Positions 21,001 through 23,488 of a stretch of DNA of 64,000 nt are shown piece after piece. Source of the stretch: Candidatus Omnitrophota bacterium (GTDB taxonomy: Bacteria > Omnitrophota > Gorgyraeia > Gygaellales > UBA12090); contig JAUSCZ010000029.1 in assembly GCA_030674475.1 (NCBI GenBank), forward strand, positions 2,357-66,356, written 5' to 3'. The notes below the pieces were generated by a model. It had not been told where the DNA came from and did no database searches. It saw only the letters and a list, made by a program, of their open reading frames with translations. A program made the position numbers and the translations under genes. The number at the start of each line of letters is the position of its first letter. Position 1 is the first letter of the stretch.

Positions 21001-22244
21001 TCAGGCCGCTGTATACTTTACTTATCCTATGGACGGCTTATATGGACGGGATTGCTAAAAGCCAGAGGGCGACCGCCAAAAGATTAGGCCTGTCAAGCCG
21101 GATGATAAATATCTATCTGAATAGGGATATCCGGCCTTTGTTGATGAGTAAGATAGCGGATATAGATATCAATTCTGCCAATAAGCAATTGAGGGATAAG
21201 AACAAAGAGAAAAGAAGCGGATTACAGATAATCAAGGATTATATCAACGGTAAATCCAGAAGTATTAATTTACCGTTGATTGGTGGCGCGCCCAGGAGCG
21301 GCATATCATTCTGCGGCCTGCGCGTGTATTTACCTGTATCTATAATCAAAACAAACAAAAAGTTTGAGGCTGTTATAAGAAGGCGCGCAAGAAAAAAACA
21401 TGGAAAACGGGTTTTTGTGATTACTCTTTACGCTGCCGGTTCTAAAAAGGAAAAGCTGGGCCATTGTCTTTGTCGTAATGTCAAAGGGAAATTAATGAGT
21501 TTAAACGCAAAGAGGTATGTAAATTTGACTCTAGACATAGAGAGAACAACAAAAGAGATATACATAAATTTCTTCATAAAGCTTAGAAAGAGAATAATTT
21601 CAATGCCTCCGGTTGAAGCTATGGAAGCGCGAACCTATAAAACGGGCAGCTTTTATTTGAAGGGGTTAGGTTTTGTCTCTTTGAATCTATCGCGTCATAA
21701 TTACAACTTTGCTATTATTGGCGTTAATGAAACATCCGTCATCGCTGAATTTGACAGCTTAGATCGTCCAGGCCATAAGGAATGGAAGATGTTTTCCGGC
21801 AGAGGTATGGATAAAAGTGTTGCTTGCCGGTGGGGCATAGCCGTGATAGAGGAGAGAATGAACGCGTTAATGTTTTATCCTAATAATAACAAACAGCAGG
21901 CGATATCTTTTACCTTAACCCCGGCCTACCGAAAGTCGCGTGAATTGAAAAAAGAAATCAGCCCGCCTGCTCGCCTCGCGGCCCTCGGCTTCGCCGAGAG
22001 GCGAGCGAAGCCGAGGGCCGGCGAGGCAGGCAGCCCGCTTATTGTCCGGGGTGTGGGTTGTTGCGTGCGCACGGGGGTTAGTACGGAAGAAAAATGCGGT
22101 TGGGGTAACTTTATGGAAGTTGAGGATTTTAGGGCTGGAATGATTTATCCGGCAGTAGACAAAAGCTATAAGAATATTTTTGGGCCAAAAGCAGCAGTAT
22201 TATTTTCTCATTCTACGCGGGTATTCTGCCGCGGGCCGCCATGA
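3..22244 (+). CDS. Giant multidomain (polyprotein-like) protein, 5'-truncated by the window; >7,400 aa
   Basis: ORF track 93..22244. The same frame is open from base 3 (YGLYEQLANKNLDPLFSIIPADEVFANKFA-M), so the true start lies upstream. Many recognisable domains are separated by SSPL/GSPL linkers; ends RGPP-TGA. Confidence 0.93.
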   Translation, partial: YGLYEQLANKNLDPLFSIIPADEVFANKFAMFVDKGSILHEMDMLSKEEIRFFEEAVQHLVNRRKREENVFILHSSASPLILLVENEEHLKQKYEGWLEWRAPKSVSSPLGENDEKMGCVSIFQLRLRKMLAAVATGWWELLNFVILILALDISGIFIYSELKCKLDMEVILSQSRFYYNGDLDESAVISNLTPPSSIRVFPLEIPTKANSILLERLRAEKSALEEQARKLKNSGEFAARVVRIHSGAGWGSGFVVDDIDAYYVLILTYHQSSSRWIALGNKYRCERYSMDVSFGSNLKYEYIGKANVVIGRAPEKYGPVDRNMDVVIAVLKTDKKLKPFNIMVGHKGIQPVVLVGGFNDSVSCGYSFHVDEQIKAFDMKVKRGDSGAPYLINEGNEYRPIGVSWFGGYLPSAACFTLQMKEEMLEAIKERLHENGNAGENDWQRRVISEWADRCKNSYYLYTTNINELSAVLKFLEKWELYSRAESSSPLGKTAHHNKGVIRKLIEQQKNRGQTLKCENVGCFFGSPAMSEKVSRVGAGSPVASSVPQTADQEGRKLMSCPDSLEDAFSLPEDVWKKYWYHGSARTIELLKSVLPAGRRGKMREKEYPVKPLLGGLYMDPKSKKMHFLLPPGAKYIDMGGLLSGKSKKERRKTVEKLEEKDRALKRQLADGQLEPLFCEAEINGIDDENGENPPGIYTFGDFQTYRKRVIPLKKVKFSKEKMDIIAAYFRTIEGEQEKVLLNGGTLGLGEDVEQFCKAVFSIEKDPRVYRRAATIGVMRFLQRLKQNPDNVRLGSVPAVLVIDPQKLPDIKLAPDRTYRAGAFFLTYPDGRMVEELGSSAYKIVKLQPEEVNDLLLKFSDRVSRFQALWERLTQTVEQFLSDRGQTLKCEKPGEAPASSPKGKGDGSIYLSSPVGGNDSALFFASKQSLLSSSPVMFDPQKPFSSQLGMLKIIWQAIHERNENRLMALREGLSRQGIRSWLIEYKGYFPDCFEYYPGAEDDVTNAESITNPFKSIEMDNGGQAFALCEKIREAVFSISRTLDQGYISGMNLDGIVECAQHLIDNIEQHAADGYGMIMVKSVVNSRKRVGIELIHLDDGKNLGWYTLPEETKKSVTRKEGPGGYGLFKFAAFMDEIVIISKRKGEPAKRWDSANPEKEKIIRSFICPSGRITIGKKWSSVIKLRQDGEEKDASTLGSSPLGQDRKIEVPPSSRIILWMHPLYSERIFRDELRKHSADNIMRNKIEQLIYRYSKFQEETARNVEIFDGMKLVIADNHTKKAVNNFLKERKVSCNLLTTKYDTFELSGLMGDDYICGWKELIDVLKTSNYRSIILVGEYYDGLGGCVDAEKAILDKHFMVSVKKDLTSPFGFCQFEKTIVSSLEPDKVSSFPVVYQEKAMAVSIPAGSPSRRQTGSPLNKKPEKARNDIIILLQALRKQNKGGIADSETELRLRIWKAILDFSRAGNEIKVVNNEELLRRRDKKIKEAGHILLEGVIPPGGILRMLGRNLTFRGYKNTHYQMEIKEGIPLRIFFLKDHSAVQFSLVWSKSKGRYIDFFLRTIFIKQFNKLNEDNKVHYCHLEGTGWFRLARRYWMKFPGSFGYGIADVVDIRNPSKRKAFVAGAVAVNQKGQSFPKTLSFIYQIPRRSTAESFEKGDLYDVFDTKVYSAKIRRNLSSYIISGHKIKDGGGKVIAVCNYRKYIGYFPYAEIEIKKIKGEFRFIRFVKNKDGLPIVDKRNNSLIIDLRENTKKQIKEKCSNEFAEQILGIKRTENKIVEENKGKEKQNIPIGERFRSRKQEIKDKISEYLKNHPNAKYREISLNTKIPETLLIKYLFYSDTEKLENAKEEYLDEGESEVKSSGSSPLGFVKTGPLRMGGLSVTSKERYEGFLKPSVFSSGVDVVSTDINSAAASSLEGDKEVASSSFLPMALVEGGMSEDKYRAYKKGAVEFLEKHIFIVMAAGIEVFKNYDTGLETVEASSPLDKEHCFNYPEFRFLRGHRNVMRISDIYLPFELFGRDADSWYYPSLTRLLHQSLEDVLWVEDFILRFYGSITYDVDEEGKPRWNDLSDINATILPGDKWLMEGAIDLQKDIVNRFVEIAKDSRLSAVLRPLPDPDSLRELISDDFQYPCLKLNNGRYLPVRIDISYPLDSLVWQENPSQVYDFWGFYHGNQKMLNTLNQRVKIIEVGALADQEVSRYQKIFERAVSFITIDKFLPVKSLKFLAQLARMRDLTGLKEELLAKVRDISIIKPEEKAQKAARGIFWKKYSSLLIPQDIRQVKYDIYGCILKRSSSAMEGAGSPRGQSRKIEASPFSSGYIKASSSLGSLIPPEAEGGNIKGKILIVEDSKNLRASLRMRLESEGYDVMEAGDGKEALERLADEKFDLIISDFDMPGMNGIELLAELKKRGITTPVIMRSTDDIREKAYAAGAKEFISKQRRAKDLSEIINKILKGKAGSPLGGENGRSSYFAYAKTTAASPLIIEAGYQMVKGMIREGVLKDGLKMIMDSESMNSIAILWQKGFRNRLTNRLIEHFGIRLYAVYLNQEFAQSQNQNVQERMFTKEAFQYLNDRYKQRFERVVVVSEDAVNSTKSHEILHDVYHFLLKEDKNTLDSLVESIAAHFGNDVRYLVAFKDISKYLGEFHYYYNSSRERQQFVYEMLSEFISYFFSGMFLEITDKRLIEKYYYLRDTTPEEVKNIFVELGFIWPSAINPVYAASPLILLVENEEHLRQKYKGWLEWRAPISVSSPLDDNEPIDEVGIKSDSANNPRISAFHRPDYPSLFKADTQKRYYSLLRKALSSLLDGGYIKYENIEALSCDFYQRNHITNIRDHFWPPEKKGRFALPEGARLTVFIPYYFGFIRPEDFEAWCRRDVVIFIKAPDEMVEELKGYRAEFERKLPERIDEDNVLIEGMKIRNLYLSEKSLGRLFLLVDQRVQEAYDLLYSYVYMLAKTYIWRNPALQNPGARDEVLVSVMDMLDRKIKKGNLIQEGEAKVNKVILNDIKSRIKDAKRNYIIRKFGARGLNKENYRLDIGVRITSLAPVEEEYGDPLDNLPAKEEDLEDDYGESVYQRNVLITIKNYLAEKSMKPDRERSIIYARLGIDERTGEFGKSPLPINETSKRFGVTKSRIFQITSKLRDYVQSERVKESGSLPELSKRQKRNKDRGQLFDSKGESGSPLGAGMSLEKGKRGATVALYDGKTARAARKAGGEIFLVGDSLLMVLYKHTSTRELSADEAMEIMLKHTRMVSEGAQDKNLIEIIGDMPCGSYYTVGAALTNAKKFIEAGATAVKIEGGRDAAPIGKAFTEAGIRWYGHIGYEPQKNDLKAYGIEVVEQMRLFFDALSLQEAGAQAIVLEMVYAKVAAAITRLLKIPTIGIGSGPDTDYQILVINDILGTTDFQGKKKPCFAVSFRREVEDPESPEVITEVFGRFQGAIKSGVYPQEKNYHRLPESFARWERKRQLKELLCDLEKAPSITWAEAARVFDVAAELGLRDSVEFFKRIRLLLARKYIQGGGNVGERLSEIDKALMRIVSEVELSRYYNIVRAIISALPHQGLDLDGIIKESEYLHWLVGDNSLAQDIRGKAHTCLTPEIYKDVQNYTMFLAGQKELPGRFPRPNDIKARSLVADYFQHTQPDAKGKEIYTAVKLLQKYLADVYGQEGQWYMVSRLEYWSEKESVKNSNLDNQLLGLIRRINNKEYLPAAEIISEMRKAIYKLVNRQGANDTLEFIYLDLFLEKTLDWSAGNIVNGYLRAPRENTRIALQLIKLLVENTMYSGWAGLHLYLLSRIVDTADRTYLQLKNILELILLDFTDILDQIHAVIEMPLAVYRRHTISTEQEKQELKARFRRSLVSYDRSLYVIEEVLRYIKNLLETEKDSYIFADPAVPSGLPAVIHIDSVNKEFITKNADILQEQFGGKGANMMVMNSLGVKVPSGFVFPITVSRYKLYETYPEEFDRMVMREMKVLEANWSKKHHGFSGENALFRFNPAIDELREGVIPLLVSIRPGSILKMPGSLPTVTNVGINDAIAEFLANKFNPRFAYDTYSRFLESYGEGVYGISRERFTHLWEIYAYESGVSDRSKMNVRQLKILCDRFKNLIVGELEIMGQDSGVLERDLANPLDQLRKALKAVLNSWEREDAVTYRACHGISNNFYASITVQAMVNGNLDAESGAGVLIYRSVEGRIIITGEYSSNAQGPDIADGLIRPGKIHTLKEKNPRAYNRLLEEAGKLSACYFVDPEIEFTVSGQGQLWFLQVSREAHRKRITWKKLSVEGHKPAGRGIGVYGGGLRGKVIFDALDITSMNEAARKEGLDGAIMVMNYPLPSDTGLITGKGLKALLTAKGGIGSHGASIARGDGIYAILGIDELFFDVMAGKWYLGDKELNKGDILSLDARAERGYVYRGLIPYASVSSAMVYPDAREVIKIGMTSSAIFSRRENRLALNFNAGLKNTKTGSPLEGEASSLGGSLNRWGRVIYEKLFYPSDNKEGQQRFRTIDDVKKSQEEDSRWLELSIKTLTEENREKISKLLPVMREIDSLEKDLIGLSDVQLKAKTNEFKARFKNGETLGQLLPEAFAVVREAFLRLSGKRIYSVQMLGGIVIHQKKVAEIKTGEGKTFVAMLPAYLRVLSGQKVHIITHNQYLSTRDFKKTESLYQFLGVTVNLRIDSRKRKILSKIYEAEILFTTIETGFDLMNGIIPSSLLAGAFAIIDEADYSLIDLNNNSLVLVRKKGDSKEYFKVIKKISAKMEQGSHYKIESKYQVLLTEAGVKFVNEFLERLNYPWLKGYEAQTRLLIQIYLATGLRYQKGIDYLIHGGQVVPIDEFTGRLKERHRFGLYIHQLIELREGIRVGGAKHVLTLPAPVFFNYYKEKGGMTGTIDFPVARRELSRIYGISDIVVIPTKYPSQRMDLLPRVFLDERKRDSSLVRRIEELRAQGNPVLLITQSVNESERLERLLKEQKLPCEILNAENEREENRIIHQAGGQGQITISTNMSGRGTDIVIGEQVAEKGGLAVLVTFRSGISPRLDFQVMGRAARQGQKGSTQFFLYFDHSLYGFKKADFKINAQGDIDLERHPDVLRLIDNQQMSGEEAISKNHLTQFMLDYSLYLQERFNHTFKNSIMDFCYRYIRENDRFYNGVYTSEVWDSLESAWRGFLYRRQISLTYLDTLIYTNKMYKEFNDRMSKDLEKSLFEAKHIKKILAKKEKIDQALKKAWKETTEQFVKTEARILKDIELPDKPPDKIRLEYRYREVSSSLCLIRVSTQGDLKLNSASPLEEAGLSLEKHSENGDGSICLSSPLGKDRKTEPSRFTRSPLGSSPLAESGKNIMGSYFDIKFRNSEEFSTGIPLYEGFSSRISLSLLIMCVAFASIAISMIKLSFLSLQTLSLVLGFTAIALSLITVINSSIVKGSTFNLFLLKTSLISSMSLSEIINVNLPSLKAWYIAKLAGLLSRQEMKMLVSMTAFISCIYLFPGYLAYPVYFFLGGYAFYLAAYIIYHIIQSSGPGSLFKLSHQLYLFLNRKFTDKLFYINSGSNRHFISLSTIKHTILSVISQEFRVKRGTSNLTAAEKWDAHIFAGSPLGEKEKTAAALIIQIICSASPVFTCISEGKEYTYGQLVAGTLLENYFSHIHCLGEESGFPLIVADGPSGIGKGMLKLMKEFLARLQLDMCYWPLDMFFIERDKRYKIINDVVDGVIQGEDYDEVGFWNMAEIKRVLSRNNDFKKSGKMTEKLFIPKAWDTIKKEYRPKTIVLKKKSVDVVDWKYSHKEELQAYYGDNPFRIRFIEDEETVRKKYYSRELKTRGPGKDLERLMAAYDKLFVPSYKRYVHQLGDRFPICLVDFSDDEDCIASDGFSKKGRSRPFQEKEAALYAVNPTVDEADSPVGGNDSDSFSSSPMDSSDDREKIKEAISVLKSSKGYGIRLGACLKIKEIIENNLSLDVEEYFDDLLGLMLGTIRDNDGSKSTDEVFSGVCDIIGLSLKRKKSLANEERMEKIFKVVDNIRDYEFGFSRLLGLISSFIINSKIFSAETQQPGKSLAKPVYYQKILTMEFSYGLTFTQYGLTRLDIFNAANEFIRANPLLAEYEVDALRRILLDSEYFLSTAIEDRGVIERALQATIDMTLKMIDCISVVMSCNTTFVNREMIAPIQSLLSSRQKIIRLYAFKIVLINAGQLNNPQLSLGKIIQETVKNLSAYGISVDKAMFIKLLTFIWSHRFDGFSLASWSILLSCILKNASREKQVKGFWGAVHKFINCFSREDTKNVLAENKHTDNINRIVRILRWIDKLHKQYPSMGAEIHYFTKESDISEREKNIFFAQFLALTPGHNSIHPYEYIKEADFLDIRVMPGSWPVFFRLWKELSSYGLFEPLKDDYPPAAYHSCLKGDFGPDVHNFIISNTFLNWPTFSSFVSIDYTTGKDSAEFAFGQAYNYVGVTINELSGLIEYSSSQTNIFDSFIKTCHKFNDTQGNLIGQYDSYPSFNDIPRKALLAIAFCSRDERLQKVKIKVKDIIFDWLIMIGMPLEYIEGLRDEVWRDEGGGITTTRPQLAKTLEKIKEVIVLRQAQRYLERVDDDAKKELQGYISVNDILGAAGILDKIRQREIIYKVTSYTHLNLCDLSAEGLRGVINEFKKNPLSPDLKDLENKMEAVFREIKGIIYTPLEEKIIGLFIDNSYPLESVPEIIDDVLIKALSGGTNEEAKTLINEIGGQKAQEALKDIKKSSSPLEEEELRELLSGIISCINNPSQAGLTGSVDSLCEFLLKLPLGALRENRFYNCLLQALKGAVSKTDLGALKNDILKLINNAIAVKLKSLPSDSNEYQRYTETLFYLTLPYVKKALKMGQIRLSDDLLGEFYPILLLSIDGYDERKGGNFPAYYSDRLKNDVNQRRFDTFAYARGSGEEYSGEESCFETAAAEKANKEYVSAAREEGAVWAASKKEIDGITDELWEQIKGGIKVVLALGEERVSRFDSGLLENYYKRINEFRDENKILRWKKLTEEYPGLRGLYRVKDHFIRPLYTLLILWTAYMDGIAKSQRATAKRLGLSSRMINIYLNRDIRPLLMSKIADIDINSANKQLRDKNKEKRSGLQIIKDYINGKSRSINLPLIGGAPRSGISFCGLRVYLPVSIIKTNKKFEAVIRRRARKKHGKRVFVITLYAAGSKKEKLGHCLCRNVKGKLMSLNAKRYVNLTLDIERTTKEIYINFFIKLRKRIISMPPVEAMEARTYKTGSFYLKGLGFVSLNLSRHNYNFAIIGVNETSVIAEFDSLDRPGHKEWKMFSGRGMDKSVACRWGIAVIEERMNALMFYPNNNKQQAISFTLTPAYRKSRELKKEISPPARLAALGFAERRAKPRAGEAGSPLIVRGVGCCVRTGVSTEEKCGWGNFMEVEDFRAGMIYPAVDKSYKNIFGPKAAVLFSHSTRVFCRGPP
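229..331 (+). repeat. 103-bp linker direct repeat, copy 1 (ASPLILLVENEEHLKQKYEGWLEWRAPKSVSSPL)
   Basis: Matches 8140-8242 with 3 mismatches by manual alignment. Confidence 0.95.
347..372 (+). repeat. REP-like arm inside a giant-gene linker, related to the RAYT-flanking REPs
   Basis: GAAAATGGGATGTGTTTCTATTTTTC versus GAAAATTGGGATGTGTCCCTATTTTTC (46922) and GAAAATGGGATGTGTCCCTAATTT (47652). Confidence 0.75.
700..1260 (+). other. Giant-ORF module: trypsin-like serine protease domain
   Basis: VVRI..GWGSGFVV, ILTYH (His), DVVIAV (Asp), RGDSGAP (Ser) in canonical S1 order. Confidence 0.75.
1535..1561 (+). repeat. Linker repeat TAGGGGTCAGACCTTGAAATGTGAAAA (RGQTLKCE), copy 1; copy 2 at about 2650-2677
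   Basis: Identical ~27-bp string occurs twice, each time inside an SSP-rich linker. Confidence 0.85.
2715..2743 (+). repeat. Linker repeat GGGGACGGTTCTATTT-N-TTTGAGCAGTCC, copy 1; copy 2 begins at 15846
   Basis: 29 bp with 1 mismatch; a palindrome arm running directly into the SSP codons. Confidence 0.85.
3040..3540 (+). other. Giant-ORF module: RsbT/RsbW-like GHKL (anti-sigma Ser kinase) domain
   Basis: HLIDNIEQHA (N box), GIELIHLDDG (G1), GGYGL..MDEI (G2), GRITIGKKW at the C-terminus. Confidence 0.65.
3645..4110 (+). other. Giant-ORF module: isochorismatase/cysteine-hydrolase-like domain
   Basis: L..VLK...RSIILVGEY....GCVD....L...F.V.V..D resembles the family C-terminal signature. Confidence 0.4.
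5945..6860 (+). other. Giant-ORF module: Pol-beta-type nucleotidyltransferase-like domain
   Basis: hFYGSITY...SDINATIL (GS...DxD-like, second Asp replaced by Asn), later RIDISY strand. Confidence 0.45.
7011..7350 (+). other. Giant-ORF module: response-regulator receiver (REC) domain
   Basis: KILIVED...DLIISDFDMPGMNGIELL...PVIMRS...GAKEFISK. Confidence 0.92.
7436..8130 (+). other. Giant-ORF module: HExxH zincin-like metallopeptidase domain
   Basis: HEILH at 7773-7787 with downstream EMLSEFISYFF helix (candidate third ligand). Confidence 0.5.
8140..8242 (+). repeat. 103-bp linker direct repeat, copy 2
   Basis: Near-identical to 229-331. Confidence 0.95.
8780..9420 (+). other. Giant-ORF module: sigma70-like (region 2-like plus region 4 HTH)
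   Basis: YVYMLAKTY; ERSIIYARLGI...INETSKRFGVTKSRIFQI matches the sigma region 4 pattern. Confidence 0.65.
9565..10340 (+). other. Giant-ORF module: PanB-like ketopantoate hydroxymethyltransferase domain
   Basis: LYD, LVGDSL, GDMPCGSY, AVKIEGG, GHIG..PQ, AGA.AIVLE, IPTIGIGSG, QILVINDILG. Confidence 0.9.
11730..13210 (+). other. Giant-ORF module: PPDK-like ATP-grasp domain plus phospho-His swivel domain, without the C-terminal barrel
   Basis: GGKGAN...VPSGF, PLLVSIR.G...MPG, RFAYDTY.RF, VQAMVNGN, NAQG.D, EIEFTV..LWFLQ, LTAKGGIGSHGA. Confidence 0.88.
13560..15300 (+). other. Giant-ORF module: SecA-like DEAD motor domain
   Basis: LSD.QLKAKT.EFK.R, LLPEAFAVVREA, EIKTGEGKT, IIDEAD, GMTGT, STNMSGRGTDI, QVMGRAARQGQKGST. 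Confidence 0.92.
15846..15906. repeat. REP-like stem-loop with the SSPL linker codons in its loop
   Basis: GGGACGGTTCT(ATTT) ... AGCAGTCCGCTGGG ... (AAAC)AGAACCGTCCC; the arms are reverse complements. Confidence 0.8.
15971..16384 (-). CDS. PIN-domain toxin (VapC-like, PIN_3 type), nested antisense in the giant ORF
   Basis: AVIDTNIFIS...EEI...CRDKKDN..IE.A......IISNDKDIL: complete PIN acidic residue set. Confidence 0.9.
   Translation of the reverse strand: MHDIKAVIDTNIFISCLLKSPANLAIYHAFKEGKFTLIISDRLIEEIKEVFKRKRLKVDPLTIEELITVIKLRAIAVKPRTKLNVCRDKKDNFIIEMAIEAKATHIISNDKDILELKPSYKGIPVLNSSEFLNLISK
16359..16589 (-). CDS. Putative antitoxin (76 aa), nested antisense in the giant ORF
   Basis: Small gene overlapping the toxin start; RBS AAGGGAG upstream of ATG at 16589; C-terminal SEEEINRI....RK typical of such pairs. 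Confidence 0.8.
   Translation of the reverse strand: MSITATIDIEKLIGKLPIEKKIQLVRKLEKTTWARRLDNVVNNIRGQIKSIPSEEEINRICQISRKKVYARYKSGH
16612..16640 (-). promoter_or_regulatory. Sigma70-type promoter of the nested TA operon
   Basis: Minus strand TTGACT-N17-TATGCT just upstream of the antitoxin RBS. Confidence 0.75.
16890..17510 (+). other. Giant-ORF module: uridine kinase/PRK-like P-loop kinase domain
   Basis: LIVADGPSGIGK, PLDMFF, and the overall motif order of the family. Confidence 0.6.
20400..21140 (+). other. Giant-ORF module: second sigma70-like domain
   Basis: DLLGEFYPILLLSIDGYDERKGGNFPAYY (region 2.2-2.3-like) and SQRATAKRLGLSSRMINIYL (HTH). Confidence 0.65.
21964..22030. repeat. GC-rich palindromic element in frame in the last linker; related copy at 33875-33909
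   Basis: CGGCCCTCGGCTTCGC...GCGAAGCCGAGGGCCG stem; shares CGGCCCTCGGCTTCGCCG and, as reverse complement, CCGCGAGGCGAGCAGG with 33875-33909. Confidence 0.8.
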
Positions 22245-22341
22245 GCCATCCGGGATAAGTTTTTTATAGCTAACTTGTTTATTCATAAAAAGTTACGATT
22301 TTAATTGAAAAGTATAAAATAAATGGTAAAATAACAAATTA

Positions 22342-22725
22342 ATGGGGGAGGTGATGGAAATGGAAAGATTGTTTGAGCGCCGGGTATTTGAGAGGATTAA
22401 CGCGGATTTCAGCGGATGGTACGCGTTAAAAGATGAGGGCGGCCAGATTCAGGGTGAGTTCTGGGGGCTTGATTTTAGCGGAAGCGGAGTCAGGGTCCAT
22501 TCTGTTAAAGAGATTGCTGAAGATAAAGTTTTAGAGGTGAGTATAACCTCATCAACCCTAAGTCAGCCGATACAGGAAACAGCCCGGGTGGCCTGGCAAA
22601 GGAGGATTGAGCCTGGTTTGTGGCAGGCAGGATTAAAGTTTTACCAGCCCAGGCTGATGCATTTTTGGCCGCTGGTAGAGTTAAAACAACACGAGATAGG
22701 GCAGTCAGGCGAAAGCGCGGGTTAA
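22342..22725 (+). CDS. PilZ domain protein
   Basis: RRVFER (RxxxR) and DFSGSG motifs, VAWQ..AGLKF; start possibly 22360 after GGAGGTG. Confidence 0.85.
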   Translation: MGEVMEMERLFERRVFERINADFSGWYALKDEGGQIQGEFWGLDFSGSGVRVHSVKEIAEDKVLEVSITSSTLSQPIQETARVAWQRRIEPGLWQAGLKFYQPRLMHFWPLVELKQHEIGQSGESAG

Positions 22726-22791
22726 TGACCAACACCCAAACAAATGCTTTACGCTTACGATCTTGAATTTTAACACGAGAGGGGGTGCCAG

Positions 22792-23178
22792 ATGAGAATT
22801 GAAGAAAACAGAAAGTTCGCGCGTTGGAATATCAGTCGTCCGGTGCGCTTTAGCCTGGCGGGTAAAGATAATGAGGAGGAGAAAATGGCCCTGCTTAAGG
22901 ATATCAGCTTCGCCGGGGCCCGGATGTCTCTCTTTGAAAGCCTGCGCCTGAATGATAAGCTGGATATGTTTTTGGAGATTCCGGATGAAGAACACGCCAT
23001 ACACTGCGAAGGAAAAGTAGTGTGGCAAAAGTCGCTTGAGGATATGAGTTCTCCACCATTCGCCTGCGGTTTGTCTTTTACCAGGATAAAAGACCAGGAT
23101 AAAGAAAAAATGTTTAAATATATGAGTCAGAACGCCACCGATGAAGTAAAGAAGAAATGGTGGGAAGGGGTAAAATAA
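22792..23178 (+). CDS. PilZ domain protein
   Basis: RKFAR and DISFAG motifs, GKVVW...GLSF. Confidence 0.88.
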   Translation: MRIEENRKFARWNISRPVRFSLAGKDNEEEKMALLKDISFAGARMSLFESLRLNDKLDMFLEIPDEEHAIHCEGKVVWQKSLEDMSSPPFACGLSFTRIKDQDKEKMFKYMSQNATDEVKKKWWEGVK

Positions 23179-23340
23179 GTAGTTTCCACTGAAAAAGCAT
23201 GGAAACTATGATTACGGCGATTAAAAAGCAGATTACAGAGATTAAACCTTAGGCGATAAATCGCTGTAATCTTATTAAAAATCCTTGTAATCAAGTTCTT
23301 TCCCTTTGCGATAAACTCGGGAAAGAACTTAAAAATTAAG

Positions 23341-23369
23341 TTGACGAAGCGCTGGAATTATGGTAAATT
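23341..23369 (+). promoter_or_regulatory. Putative sigma70 promoter of the sugar ABC/glycosidase operon
   Basis: TTGACG-N17-TAAATT with TG upstream of the -10. Confidence 0.5.
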
Positions 23370-23488
23370 TTAGTAATATTCTTTGCTATGTTGTGAACAG
23401 TGACAGAAGGTAATTATTTAGTGGTGTATTAAAATGATTTATAAAGTATAAAATAACGGCTTACTAAAAGAAAGAGGAGTTTTGGGAT

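Noticed and set aside
322-22039. SSPL joints as a CRISPR array or classical integron attC array
   Set aside because: The conserved core is only ~10 bp, spacing is very irregular (hundreds of bp to several kb), there are no consistent attC R-box ends, and no cas or intI gene is in the window.
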